Below are positions 10,408 to 18,620 of a DNA stretch of 64,000 bases, piece after piece. The notes under the pieces are model-generated. The model saw nothing but the letters and a program-made list of their open reading frames with translations, was not told the origin of the DNA and ran no database searches. This DNA comes from a virus (Duplodnaviria; Caudoviricetes). A program made the position numbers and the translations under genes. The stretch spans positions 1 through 64,000 of IMG/VR virus record IMGVR_UViG_3300028048_000099. One strand, 5' to 3'. Positions within the stretch are counted from its first letter, which is position 1; each line of letters opens with the position of its first letter.

Positions 10408-11553
10408 TTATCTCAATACGCTTTTATATACGTTTATATATCCCTCAGCCATCTTGTCCGCGGTGAACAGCGGCAATCTCTCCTCCTGTCTCAGTATCAT
10501 CGCGGCGCGGTCATCCTCACTCATGTCAAACAGCCTCTCGAGACTCTCGTCCAGAGATTTCCCGTCCGTGATGTCAAAATACGTCCCGCAGTCCCCGGCG
10601 ACCTCATGGAAAACCGGTATGTCGTTCAGCAGCGCGGGGCACCCGTTCTTGTAAGCCTCCAGGATGGGAAGCCCGAACCCCTCAAACTCGCTCGGGAACA
10701 CGAAACAGAACGCGTGGTGGTACAGGTTGTTCAGCCCGTGCTCGTTGAGGTAGTGGCTCTCCACCCTGTCCTCAAGCCCGTACTGGCGGAACATGTCCCT
10801 CTCAAAGGTGGTGAACCCGCGGCCGGTGCAGACCAGCTTGAAATCCTTGTGTCTCTTCATGAACGGGACCACCTGGTTGAAGAACGGGATGAAGCACTTG
10901 TAATTCAGCGGGCCCTGCCTCGTGCCGACATAGAGGATGTACGGGAAATCAAAGGGCCTGTTGTACTCGTAGTTCTCGGGCATCTCCCTGTAAGCGTTGT
11001 GGACGACCTCTATCTTCTCCTCCGGGACCTTGTATATGTCAATGATGTCCCTCTTGGTCGCCTCGCTTATCGCCACGACCTTCGCCGCGGAGGCCATGAT
11101 GTCCCTCCTCTTGTCAAAGTCGTCAAGGCACATCTGCTCGTTGAACTGGATATAGTCGCGGAGCCTCTCAAAGGCGAGGTCATGCACCGTCACGACATAC
11201 GGCTTACTCATCCCGTACTCAAGGAAGTAGGGGTCGTAATGGGTGGGGTGGAACACGTCGTAATCCCCCCTCGTGATGGCGTTCTTGGAGTAAATCCTGT
11301 TGACCTTCTTCCAGTCGACACCCTGGAGCGTGGTCTCCGGGCTAATCTTTCCGGAGGACACGAGTCTCTCAAGGGTCTGGCTCTCTGAGGGGTAACCCTG
11401 CGACAGCATGTACAGGTTAGTGGTGGACGCGATGCCGACCCTCACCTCCTCCCTCTTCCTCATCTCCTGGACAAGCAGGGAGAAGACGTTGCTCACGCCC
11501 CCGCTCCTCTGTATATCAAATGCCTGATAGTCGTATAATATCTTCATAATCAA
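10408..11553 (-). CDS. GT4 (GT-B) glycosyltransferase
   Basis: KILYDYQAF...SGGVS; FHPTHY; VTVHDL; AISEATKRD; FVFPSEFEGFGLPILEA. Confidence 0.9.
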   Translation of the reverse strand: MIMKILYDYQAFDIQRSGGVSNVFSLLVQEMRKREEVRVGIASTTNLYMLSQGYPSESQTLERLVSSGKISPETTLQGVDWKKVNRIYSKNAITRGDYDVFHPTHYDPYFLEYGMSKPYVVTVHDLAFERLRDYIQFNEQMCLDDFDKRRDIMASAAKVVAISEATKRDIIDIYKVPEEKIEVVHNAYREMPENYEYNRPFDFPYILYVGTRQGPLNYKCFIPFFNQVVPFMKRHKDFKLVCTGRGFTTFERDMFRQYGLEDRVESHYLNEHGLNNLYHHAFCFVFPSEFEGFGLPILEAYKNGCPALLNDIPVFHEVAGDCGTYFDITDGKSLDESLERLFDMSEDDRAAMILRQEERLPLFTADKMAEGYINVYKSVLR

Positions 11554-12269
11554 AACTTTATGTAATCCTTCCAGAATGTCTTGAACTCAAAGAGGAAAGG
11601 CTTGTGGCATCCCATCGGCAGTTTCCCGCCGTTAAGCCTGAAAAGCACGCTCGGGCCGACCTCAAACGAGAACTCCCTGCCGACGTCCACGGGACACACC
11701 CTCAGCTCCCCGGAACACCCGCTTGACAGGAACACGTCCTCCGGCGTCCCCGGCTTGTCAGCCTCATCCGCGTGCCTCCCGCACACCTCCGCGAGTTTTG
11801 ACACCCTACGGAGCGAGAAGCCCCCGTTGCCGCACCTCTCAGGCACCGCGGTGTTCCTCTCCCGGTCAATCACGAACCACGGGGCGCCTATATAGTCATA
11901 CCCGAGGCTCACGAAATAGCTGACGCTGTCCTCAAACACCCAGCAGTCCAGCTGGTAGAGCAGGATGTACTCGTAGTCCCTGAAGGCCTCGTAGAACTCC
12001 CTCCTCTTGCAGAGCTGGTTGTACCCGTCAATGCCCTCGAAAAACCCCTTGGCCATCCTCTTCACCCTGAACCGGAAACCGGGGCACAGCGCCTCATACT
12101 CCGACAGGTCAAGGTTGTAGGGCGCCACGAGACATATGTCACGCCTCTTCCCCAGGACCCTGACACACTGCATGAGCGAGGCCTGCTCAAAGAAAACCGG
12201 GTTCCTCTTGTACACCGGAACGACCACGCAGCACTCCTCCTTGTGTTCCTCCCACTCAATCACTTCCAA
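11550..12269 (-). CDS. DUF5672-like putative glycosyltransferase
   Basis: VVVPVYK; YILLYQLDCWVF; YDYIGAPW; GNGGFSLRRV; PEDVF; FSFE; PMGCH. Confidence 0.75.
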   Translation of the reverse strand: MEVIEWEEHKEECCVVVPVYKRNPVFFEQASLMQCVRVLGKRRDICLVAPYNLDLSEYEALCPGFRFRVKRMAKGFFEGIDGYNQLCKRREFYEAFRDYEYILLYQLDCWVFEDSVSYFVSLGYDYIGAPWFVIDRERNTAVPERCGNGGFSLRRVSKLAEVCGRHADEADKPGTPEDVFLSSGCSGELRVCPVDVGREFSFEVGPSVLFRLNGGKLPMGCHKPFLFEFKTFWKDYIKF

Positions 12270-12279
12270 TCCTTTTCAC

Positions 12280-12311
12280 ACAATATAACCTCCCCGGGCC
12301 TTAAAGTCAAA
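12280..12311 (-). promoter_or_regulatory. Putative host-sigma (early) promoter of the GT cluster
   Basis: TTTG-N20-TATATTGT, resembling Bacteroidota -33/-7 spacing; overlaps a hairpin at 12310-12336. Confidence 0.55.
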
Positions 12312-12339
12312 TGCCCCACGTAAAACGCGGGGCATTCAT

Positions 12340-12699
12340 CTATTTCTCACTTATCTCATCTCTTCCACCTTCGGCAAGATAATCGTACAGGTCATCAATG
12401 TCGTTCAGGTCGGCAATCACGTCTCGGTCCGGCTTCTCATCTTTAAAGAACCAATCCCTGCCTTCACCGTCTCCGGCGGCATAAATCTTGTGGTCAACAT
12501 CCTCATACAGCCACCAACTTATCAAATCAAGCCCATCGTCCCCAAACTGGGAGCGCATCAACTCATCAAAAAATATACCGGCGTTTTCCAAGTATTTACA
12601 ATTGATGGTATCTATACCGAGTTCATACAACTTGTCATAAAACTCATTGGACTCCCGCATCTTATATATCAGGTCCTTGAATTTTTCCCTTGTTATCAT
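12340..12699 (-). CDS. Hypothetical protein
   Basis: Likely start MITREKFKD at 12699, just after the upstream stop. Confidence 0.7.
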   Translation of the reverse strand: MITREKFKDLIYKMRESNEFYDKLYELGIDTINCKYLENAGIFFDELMRSQFGDDGLDLISWWLYEDVDHKIYAAGDGEGRDWFFKDEKPDRDVIADLNDIDDLYDYLAEGGRDEISEK

Positions 12700-12704
12700 A
12701 TATC

Positions 12705-12923
12705 TTATCCTCCGTAATACTCTTTCTCCGGTTTTGACCTCCATATCTTCTTGAGCCAGTCGACTCCGGCGAGGAAAGCGTCTCTCGCGATTTCCCTTGG
12801 GTATTCCATGTCAACCCTGGGCTCATAATCTCCGGTCCCCCATCGCCCGACAGCCGGTTCATCTGGATATTCCCTATTTGCGTAGCTGATTGCCGCGTCA
12901 AATTCCTCGTTGTTCCTCTCCAT
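12705..12923 (-). CDS. Hypothetical protein
   Basis: 72 aa, tightly packed in the operon; C-terminal DAFLAGVDW is common in small phage proteins. Confidence 0.6.
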   Translation of the reverse strand: MERNNEEFDAAISYANREYPDEPAVGRWGTGDYEPRVDMEYPREIARDAFLAGVDWLKKIWRSKPEKEYYGG

Positions 12924-13662
12924 CTTTTGTTTCCTCCTTTTCTTTAAATTTTATCCTATATTGTCCGTAAAATCTAAAATCTTCAGTATAATATGTGTTT
13001 ACCTGTTCCTCGTCATTCGGGTCGACCCATTCCGGCAGGTGTTCCTTACAATACGGCTCAACCCAGCCCCTTGTTACATAATCAGCTGATTTTCCACAAG
13101 TTATGCAAGTGTGCCTTGAAATATAGGTATACTTCGCGATAATCTTGTCCGTTTCCTCGTTTCCGCCATGGTCATACCAACAGAGCGAGCCGTATTTCTC
13201 CTTTATCTGGTCAATTCTGTATTTCTTGAGACGTTTTCTTCCCCCATCGGCCAACAGGGCTCTCTTTAAATCCTTGCAGATATAAATGCCGAACGCTTTC
13301 CTCCACCCGCTGTCAAGGGCGTCAAGTTTCGTATAAGACGGTATAATGTGAAAAATACCGAGAAAGCCTTCCAAGAATGAATAGAACTTCTCAACGAAAG
13401 CCCACCAGTTGCTCACCTTCTCATTCCTCAATGGATTTTCCTCACTCCCGAACACCCCGACGGTTCTGAAGGCCTTCTCATGCGCGTCCATCCGTCTCTC
13501 CCCAAGGGTCCAGTTAACGTAATGCTTGTCAGAAAACACGTTCCTCGGATACAGGAAAGGGAACCGGATACACAGAATAGTGGCCGGAACCCATTTTGCG
13601 GGGTTCCAGCGATACTTTATCTTATAAATGAACTCGTTCCAGATGTATCTAATCGGCCTCAT
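12898..13662 (-). CDS. Hypothetical phage protein with QIKEKYGSL...CxxCG motif
   Basis: YRIDQIKEKYGSLCWY...TCITCGK...YC, a recurrent phage family with a putative Zn site. Confidence 0.75.
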   Translation of the reverse strand: MRPIRYIWNEFIYKIKYRWNPAKWVPATILCIRFPFLYPRNVFSDKHYVNWTLGERRMDAHEKAFRTVGVFGSEENPLRNEKVSNWWAFVEKFYSFLEGFLGIFHIIPSYTKLDALDSGWRKAFGIYICKDLKRALLADGGRKRLKKYRIDQIKEKYGSLCWYDHGGNEETDKIIAKYTYISRHTCITCGKSADYVTRGWVEPYCKEHLPEWVDPNDEEQVNTYYTEDFRFYGQYRIKFKEKEETKDGEEQRGI

Positions 13663-14326
13663 CTTCTTTCTTAAGCTCGTTTATCCTGTTTATCCTCTCA
13701 ACAAACTCCTCCGGGGAACAGCCGGCGTGAATCGCGATACTTCCGGTGTTTGACTTGCGATGACCGCCATGACAGAAAATCCACGCGACAGCGCCCGCGT
13801 TTATATCCCTCACACAGAACGGGCTGTTGTCCCCGCCCCAGTCCTTGGGAAAACGTATGCTCCACCCGCCGTCATAGGGAATATAGAACGGGACCCTCAC
13901 AATCTCGGTCTCTGTTCTCTCACCGTTCCCGTCGTGGTAATCGTCATAAGGCGTTCCCGCGTTGTACTCGTAAGGCGCGTCGTCCCAATCGTCGCCCCAC
14001 TGCTCGTCCAGGGAAATGGGGGTGAAATATGCGTAATACTCCTGCTTCCCCTCAATGTATTCCGGGTTCGGGTAATCCTGGCATTCGGAACCACGCTTAA
14101 GTATCCGATTCGCCCATAAACCAAACTCCGGGTCTTCAGAGGACATATAACCTTCCCTATGAAACTTTTCTTCCCTGAGACGGTCCTGTTCCTTCCACTC
14201 GTCAGTCTCCCTATAAGCCCTCGCCTCCGGGGTGTAGTCGTAGTAGGTCCGCTCAATATCGTCAATGTAGCATAGTTTCAACTTGTCGTACTTGACCGCG
14301 TCTTCCTTTTTGATTGTGGTGTACAT
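13649..14326 (-). CDS. Hypothetical phage protein with WGDDWDDAPYEYNAG motif
   Basis: Motif recurrent in phage hypothetical proteins; operon-packed. Confidence 0.75.
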   Translation of the reverse strand: MYTTIKKEDAVKYDKLKLCYIDDIERTYYDYTPEARAYRETDEWKEQDRLREEKFHREGYMSSEDPEFGLWANRILKRGSECQDYPNPEYIEGKQEYYAYFTPISLDEQWGDDWDDAPYEYNAGTPYDDYHDGNGERTETEIVRVPFYIPYDGGWSIRFPKDWGGDNSPFCVRDINAGAVAWIFCHGGHRKSNTGSIAIHAGCSPEEFVERINRINELKKEDEAD

Positions 14327-14329
14327 AAT

Positions 14330-14827
14330 CTAATCCTTTCTCCAAAACTTGTATGTGATATCGTGACGTATTGTCTCTACATCAAAATCCGTGCCAAACC
14401 TCTCCTCTATCTTATAAAGCCTCTGATTGGTGGTCTCCTTGTTCAAAGGCCCTTTAGCTGGAATGAAGGGGCCGACCTTGATGTAGTCGAAATAAGTGTC
14501 ATACTCTTTCTCTACCTCGTTCCTCCCGGAGTAGAGCGCCGTCCTGTACGGGTAATCACTCCTGAGACGCACGGACAAGGCGAGATATTTCAACGCCCGC
14601 GGGTCCTTTCCCTCGCCCATGAAGCACACGCAGGTGACCCCGCGGTTCTCGTCAATCAGTCTTCGCAATGTCTCCGGAGTGAGCTCCTCCCCGATATCCT
14701 CCCTGAGCCAGGGACTGTGGCACCCCTCGCAATGTCCCGGACAGTTTGTGATTTCTATCGCCAACGTAACTTCATCCGGGATTTCCTCAAAAACAACACT
14801 TACACTTTCAGGATAATATTTAATCAT
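14330..14827 (-). CDS. nrdG: Anaerobic ribonucleotide reductase activase (radical SAM)
   Basis: Start MIKYY at 14827 (ATGA overlap); VFEEIPDEVTLAIEITNCPGHCEGCHS; YIKVGPF...TTNQRLY. Confidence 0.92.
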   Translation of the reverse strand: MIKYYPESVSVVFEEIPDEVTLAIEITNCPGHCEGCHSPWLREDIGEELTPETLRRLIDENRGVTCVCFMGEGKDPRALKYLALSVRLRSDYPYRTALYSGRNEVEKEYDTYFDYIKVGPFIPAKGPLNKETTNQRLYKIEERFGTDFDVETIRHDITYKFWRKD

Positions 14828-15066
14828 TTCTTTTCCTCCGTCTCGTCGTAAATCACCTCCTCGTCCATCTGGAGCCTGAGCCTCAGCGTCTCGTACTCCC
14901 GGTGCGTGCCTATTATCTCGCGGGCCTCCTCCTCGGACCCGGCGTAGAAGCCGCCCATCCACTCGGCCCCGTCAAGGCTCCCGTCACTCCCCGGGCGCTT
15001 GTAGTCAACATAGTACTGCGTCCCGCGTCCGGTCTGGCGCCTCCTTATCCTGTATTTTATGTCCAT
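14824..15066 (-). CDS. Hypothetical protein
   Basis: Likely start MDIKYRIRR at 15066; stop overlaps the nrdG start. Confidence 0.65.
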   Translation of the reverse strand: MDIKYRIRRRQTGRGTQYYVDYKRPGSDGSLDGAEWMGGFYAGSEEEAREIIGTHREYETLRLRLQMDEEVIYDETEEKK

Positions 15067-15089
15067 AACGAAAAAAATGTGTCTCAACA

Positions 15090-15120
15090 GTAAGATACAT
15101 ATTTTTTTCCGGATTTCAAA
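15090..15120 (-). promoter_or_regulatory. Putative host-sigma (early) promoter
   Basis: TTTG-N19-TATCTTAC; near-identical element at 33234-33264. Confidence 0.6.
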
Positions 15121-15142
15121 ACGATATTTTAGCGGTTTAGGG

Positions 15143-15151
15143 ACTATTTAT
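15143..15151 (+). promoter_or_regulatory. Putative late promoter ACTATTTAT
   Basis: Exact motif 17 nt before the ATG at 15169. Confidence 0.65.
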
Positions 15152-15168
15152 GGAAAAATTGTATAGAG

Positions 15169-17517
15169 ATGAAACTGCAGTTGAATGAGAAGACACTGAA
15201 CGCTTATATGCAGAGGGCGATAAACGAGGAGATTGACGAGCTTTTCGGAAGCAGGGTCCGCAAGCAGTCCCAGAGGATGATTACCGGAAAGGGATGGGGA
15301 AACGGGAGACGTGACTCCACAAACGGGTGGGGAGCGGCCGCGAACTCTGATATAAGCGCGACGGACGCTGAATCTGATACACCTCAGACCCTCGTGGGTA
15401 TGATTACCAAAATGGAACGGGGTCTTCAGTCTATTGAGCAGGCAGCCGGTATAAATTCACCGGCGGGAAACCTGGCCGCGACAGTCACTGGGGCCGGGGG
15501 TGTGAAGAACAGTCTTCTCGCCGCGATTAACGCGCTCACGCAGATAGCGAACAGGCTTAACAAAGTTGAGAGGATGAGCGGGTCAAACGCGATTATGGAA
15601 AATACCGCTGATTATGCGGATGCTGCTGTTGGAGGAAACGCAGCTATCGGGAATGCAAGAAATATAGGGAAACTTACTGGCTTGCAGAAAGATTATACAA
15701 CGGCCGCCACAAAAGCAAGGTCTGCGGCTGCGAAACAAGGAGCGGCGACGAGGGCCCTTAACAAAGTTCCTAAAGGCAGCTATGTGGGAAATCTTCAGAC
15801 AAATCAGGAAAACGCCATTGCCGCAAATAACGCTGCCAAGCAAGCAAAGGCCGCAAAAGCCGCCGACATGAAAGCCGCTAACATAACAAAAGACACCGGT
15901 TTCTGGGGCAAACAAGCCGCCACTATGAAAAACGGGGTACAAGATATGAAGGCTGGCTTGAAGGGCGTCACTAAAGCCGGACAGACATTGAGTAAAGCAC
16001 AAAGAGTCGGTGTTTTTGCTGGCGGTGCTTTAAAGGCGACCAGCCTTGCTACAACGCTTCTCACTATTGCTGACGAGGCCGCGAGACAGGCCGCACAGGG
16101 AAGACAAAGGAACATCGTGCGCACATACAACGCCGCCGCGGTGCTCGCGAGGCGTATGGGAAGCATACTTCAGGATATAAGCGACCAGACAGGTGGCGGA
16201 CAGGAGCAGGAGGTTGTCACTGAGATAAACGTCAGCCGCGGAAAGAGAAGTTTCGGCAGCATTGAGCAGGGAATGCAGGCCTTGTCCCAGGAGATGAGAC
16301 GAATCGGCGGCGCCACACAGGGCTCAACCGTTAACGGACAGGACCGCGTCTTTAACATACCGCAAGGCATAGACCTCAATACCCCTCAGGGTGTGAAGGC
16401 CTTCCAGGAGTGGGTCAACACCATCCAGGACGCGAACGGGAACGCGCTTATCACTGACAACGAGGGTCAGCCCCTTGTCCCGGACGGGAAGTGGGGACCC
16501 AAGACCAACGCTGTGTATGACAAGATAGCCCAGATGATACGACAGTCTGGTCCAGTCAACGAGGGCCTGGTTACGGAGAGAAGGGATATTGAGACCGCGC
16601 TCGCCAATCTTGAGAGGGCGGCGGGAGCTACGGGGTCCGGCGGAAACGCGTACTCGAGCATCAGCGCCATGTCCGGAGGGGCTGACGCGAGCAGACTACA
16701 GAACGCGCAGAATATCAAGAATATAATAAGGACGTACCCGCCGGTGCTTAACCAGTACCTGAATGTCCTGGCTGACGCTGGCGCGGAAGTGTCCGGAATC
16801 CAACCTCTCAACGTTGACACGAGACCGCACAGGAATTACTCAATCAAGGAACTTAAGGCAATAGACAGCAGAATCCAGGAGCTTCTCCAAATCGCGCAGA
16901 ACACGCAGGCCCCGGAAGGGGAGGAAGGTGAGCAGCAGGGAGGAAACCTCATTATCAGGGGCACGCTTCCCCCTAAGCCTGTGAGACGACCGAATCCCAA
17001 TCCAACCCCCCAACCGGCAGAACCTGAGGAGCCTAAACGTGATTTTAACAAGGATTTCGGTCTTGAGAAAATTACTCCTGGGGATAATTTAACCGCGCAG
17101 GCCGAAACTGATAGTTATCTTGAATATTCCCCGTTTGATAACGACCCTTATAAACTTAAGTCCTACGGAATTATTCCAAATAATAAATCGGGAAGAATAA
17201 CCAAGAGGGAAATTAAGGAAAAAATAAAGACGGCCGAAGCGGAAGGCAAACTTACGCATGACCAAGCTACCGAACTTTTAAGAAATCTCAGAATGGACTA
17301 TAAGAACGGAGTCGGACAGGTGTACCAGAATTCTGACGGGTCATTGGCTACCACGACCAGGACAGCCGACAAACGCGCGCGTGACCTCGGTTTGCAAACC
17401 TCCAAAATAGAACAGCCGGCATGGGTTAATGAAAACAAGAAAACCCGCAAAAACAAACTCAACGAGCAACAGTTCAAGAGACTCGTGAAACAGATAATAA
17501 GGGAAAGCCTCAGATAA
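15169..17517 (+). CDS. 782-aa modular Ala/Gly-rich protein with PG-binding-like module; putative internal head / ejected protein
   Basis: N-terminal LQLNEKTLNAYMQRAINEE and C-terminal KLNEQQFKRLVKQIIRESL; GVKAFQEW...LVPDGKWGPKT; Pro-rich linker. Confidence 0.7.
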   Translation: MKLQLNEKTLNAYMQRAINEEIDELFGSRVRKQSQRMITGKGWGNGRRDSTNGWGAAANSDISATDAESDTPQTLVGMITKMERGLQSIEQAAGINSPAGNLAATVTGAGGVKNSLLAAINALTQIANRLNKVERMSGSNAIMENTADYADAAVGGNAAIGNARNIGKLTGLQKDYTTAATKARSAAAKQGAATRALNKVPKGSYVGNLQTNQENAIAANNAAKQAKAAKAADMKAANITKDTGFWGKQAATMKNGVQDMKAGLKGVTKAGQTLSKAQRVGVFAGGALKATSLATTLLTIADEAARQAAQGRQRNIVRTYNAAAVLARRMGSILQDISDQTGGGQEQEVVTEINVSRGKRSFGSIEQGMQALSQEMRRIGGATQGSTVNGQDRVFNIPQGIDLNTPQGVKAFQEWVNTIQDANGNALITDNEGQPLVPDGKWGPKTNAVYDKIAQMIRQSGPVNEGLVTERRDIETALANLERAAGATGSGGNAYSSISAMSGGADASRLQNAQNIKNIIRTYPPVLNQYLNVLADAGAEVSGIQPLNVDTRPHRNYSIKELKAIDSRIQELLQIAQNTQAPEGEEGEQQGGNLIIRGTLPPKPVRRPNPNPTPQPAEPEEPKRDFNKDFGLEKITPGDNLTAQAETDSYLEYSPFDNDPYKLKSYGIIPNNKSGRITKREIKEKIKTAEAEGKLTHDQATELLRNLRMDYKNGVGQVYQNSDGSLATTTRTADKRARDLGLQTSKIEQPAWVNENKKTRKNKLNEQQFKRLVKQIIRESLR

Positions 17518-17522
17518 AAAAG

Positions 17523-17548
17523 AAACCCGGGTTAAGCCCGGGTTTTTT
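17523..17548. terminator. Bidirectional intrinsic terminator
   Basis: AAACCCGGG-TTAAG-CCCGGGTTT between convergent genes, with A/T runs on both sides. Confidence 0.8.
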
Positions 17549-17554
17549 ATTTAC

Positions 17555-18529
17555 TTATTTTTTGTTTAAATCAACCAAAAACTTCTCACCAATCTTGCTC
17601 TTCCTTTCGTGCTTCTTCTGTAATAAAGGCAACTCCCTTTCTGTTTCATCCGGTTTTTTAAAGCCGAGTTTTTTTATTTCACCGATTGGGTCTTCCAGGT
17701 CAAGTATATAAAAATAACTTACATTTGAGCCATATTCGTCGCATATTTCTTTCTCTGCCTTAATTCTGGCATAGACAGCTTCCTCAAAACTGTCATAATT
17801 TCCAAGATAAATTGTCCGGTATTTTGACATTATCCTTGCGGTCCACTTTTCGTTTTCCCTTAACCATGAAACACCGCAAACATGATTTTCTTTCCTTATG
17901 TTTTTCATGTTGTCCTTATGGCGGCAGATACGGAGATTTGCACACCTATTGTCTAAGGAGTTTCCGTTAATGTGGTCTACACATTGGTCTAATGTATAGT
18001 TGGTGTCATTGAACCCACATAAAAACCTATGTAAAAACAGTTTTTGACCGCCAGGGAGACTTATCATGGCGTACTTCTTTTTAGCTGCCGTACGCATATA
18101 GATTTTATACTTTTCAACCAATTTTTTCTTGTCTAAATCTATCAATGTCCGCCCAACCTCTTCAAAGTTCTTATTAACCATCACGCATTCGCAATAACCC
18201 TCCTCCACGTGGTCAATGTACTGGTTCCTATCGAAAATCGTATGCTCCAAAATCTTTCCATGCCTAACCATTTGCAAATAATGTTTCCTGCAATAGTCCT
18301 TGCCGTCAGTCCATGTACATCTTCCCTTTTCACCACAAATACAACATTCTCCAACCCTATTCCTTTCTCTTTCCTTTGGTAAAATTTCTCCATACTTTTC
18401 AATTTGCGATGCATGTTTTGGACAATATATTTTATCCTTGATTTTTTTAAAAGATACCGTATGTTCTCCATATTTTTCTCCGCACACACAGCAAGTCCAT
18501 TCGGCTTTATCAATCTTCGGTCTTCCCAT
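17555..18529 (-). mobile_element. Free-standing HNH-AP2 homing endonuclease
   Basis: Two CxxC...YCxKH Zn modules; VDHINGNSLDNRCANLR (HNH); GVSW...KWTARI...YLGNYDSFEEAVYAR (AP2); AT-rich; own ACTATTTAT at 18554-18562. Confidence 0.88.
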
Positions 18530-18620
18530 TTTTGTCTTTTTTTGTTTCTATATATAAATAGTACAAATAAGACAAAAAAACAAGAGTAACAAAAAAAATT
18601 GGGCTGAAAAACCCAATTTT

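Noticed and set aside
10276-11388. 370-aa plus-strand ORF and many other antisense ORFs in the track
   Set aside because: These are shadows of GC3-rich genes on the opposite strand, with no motifs or expression signals.
8688-12269. DNA hypermodification (glucosylation) system
   Set aside because: No hydroxymethylase or base-modification genes are adjacent, the families look capsule-type, and apparent restriction-site avoidance argues against protected DNA. It is not excluded for the rest of the genome.
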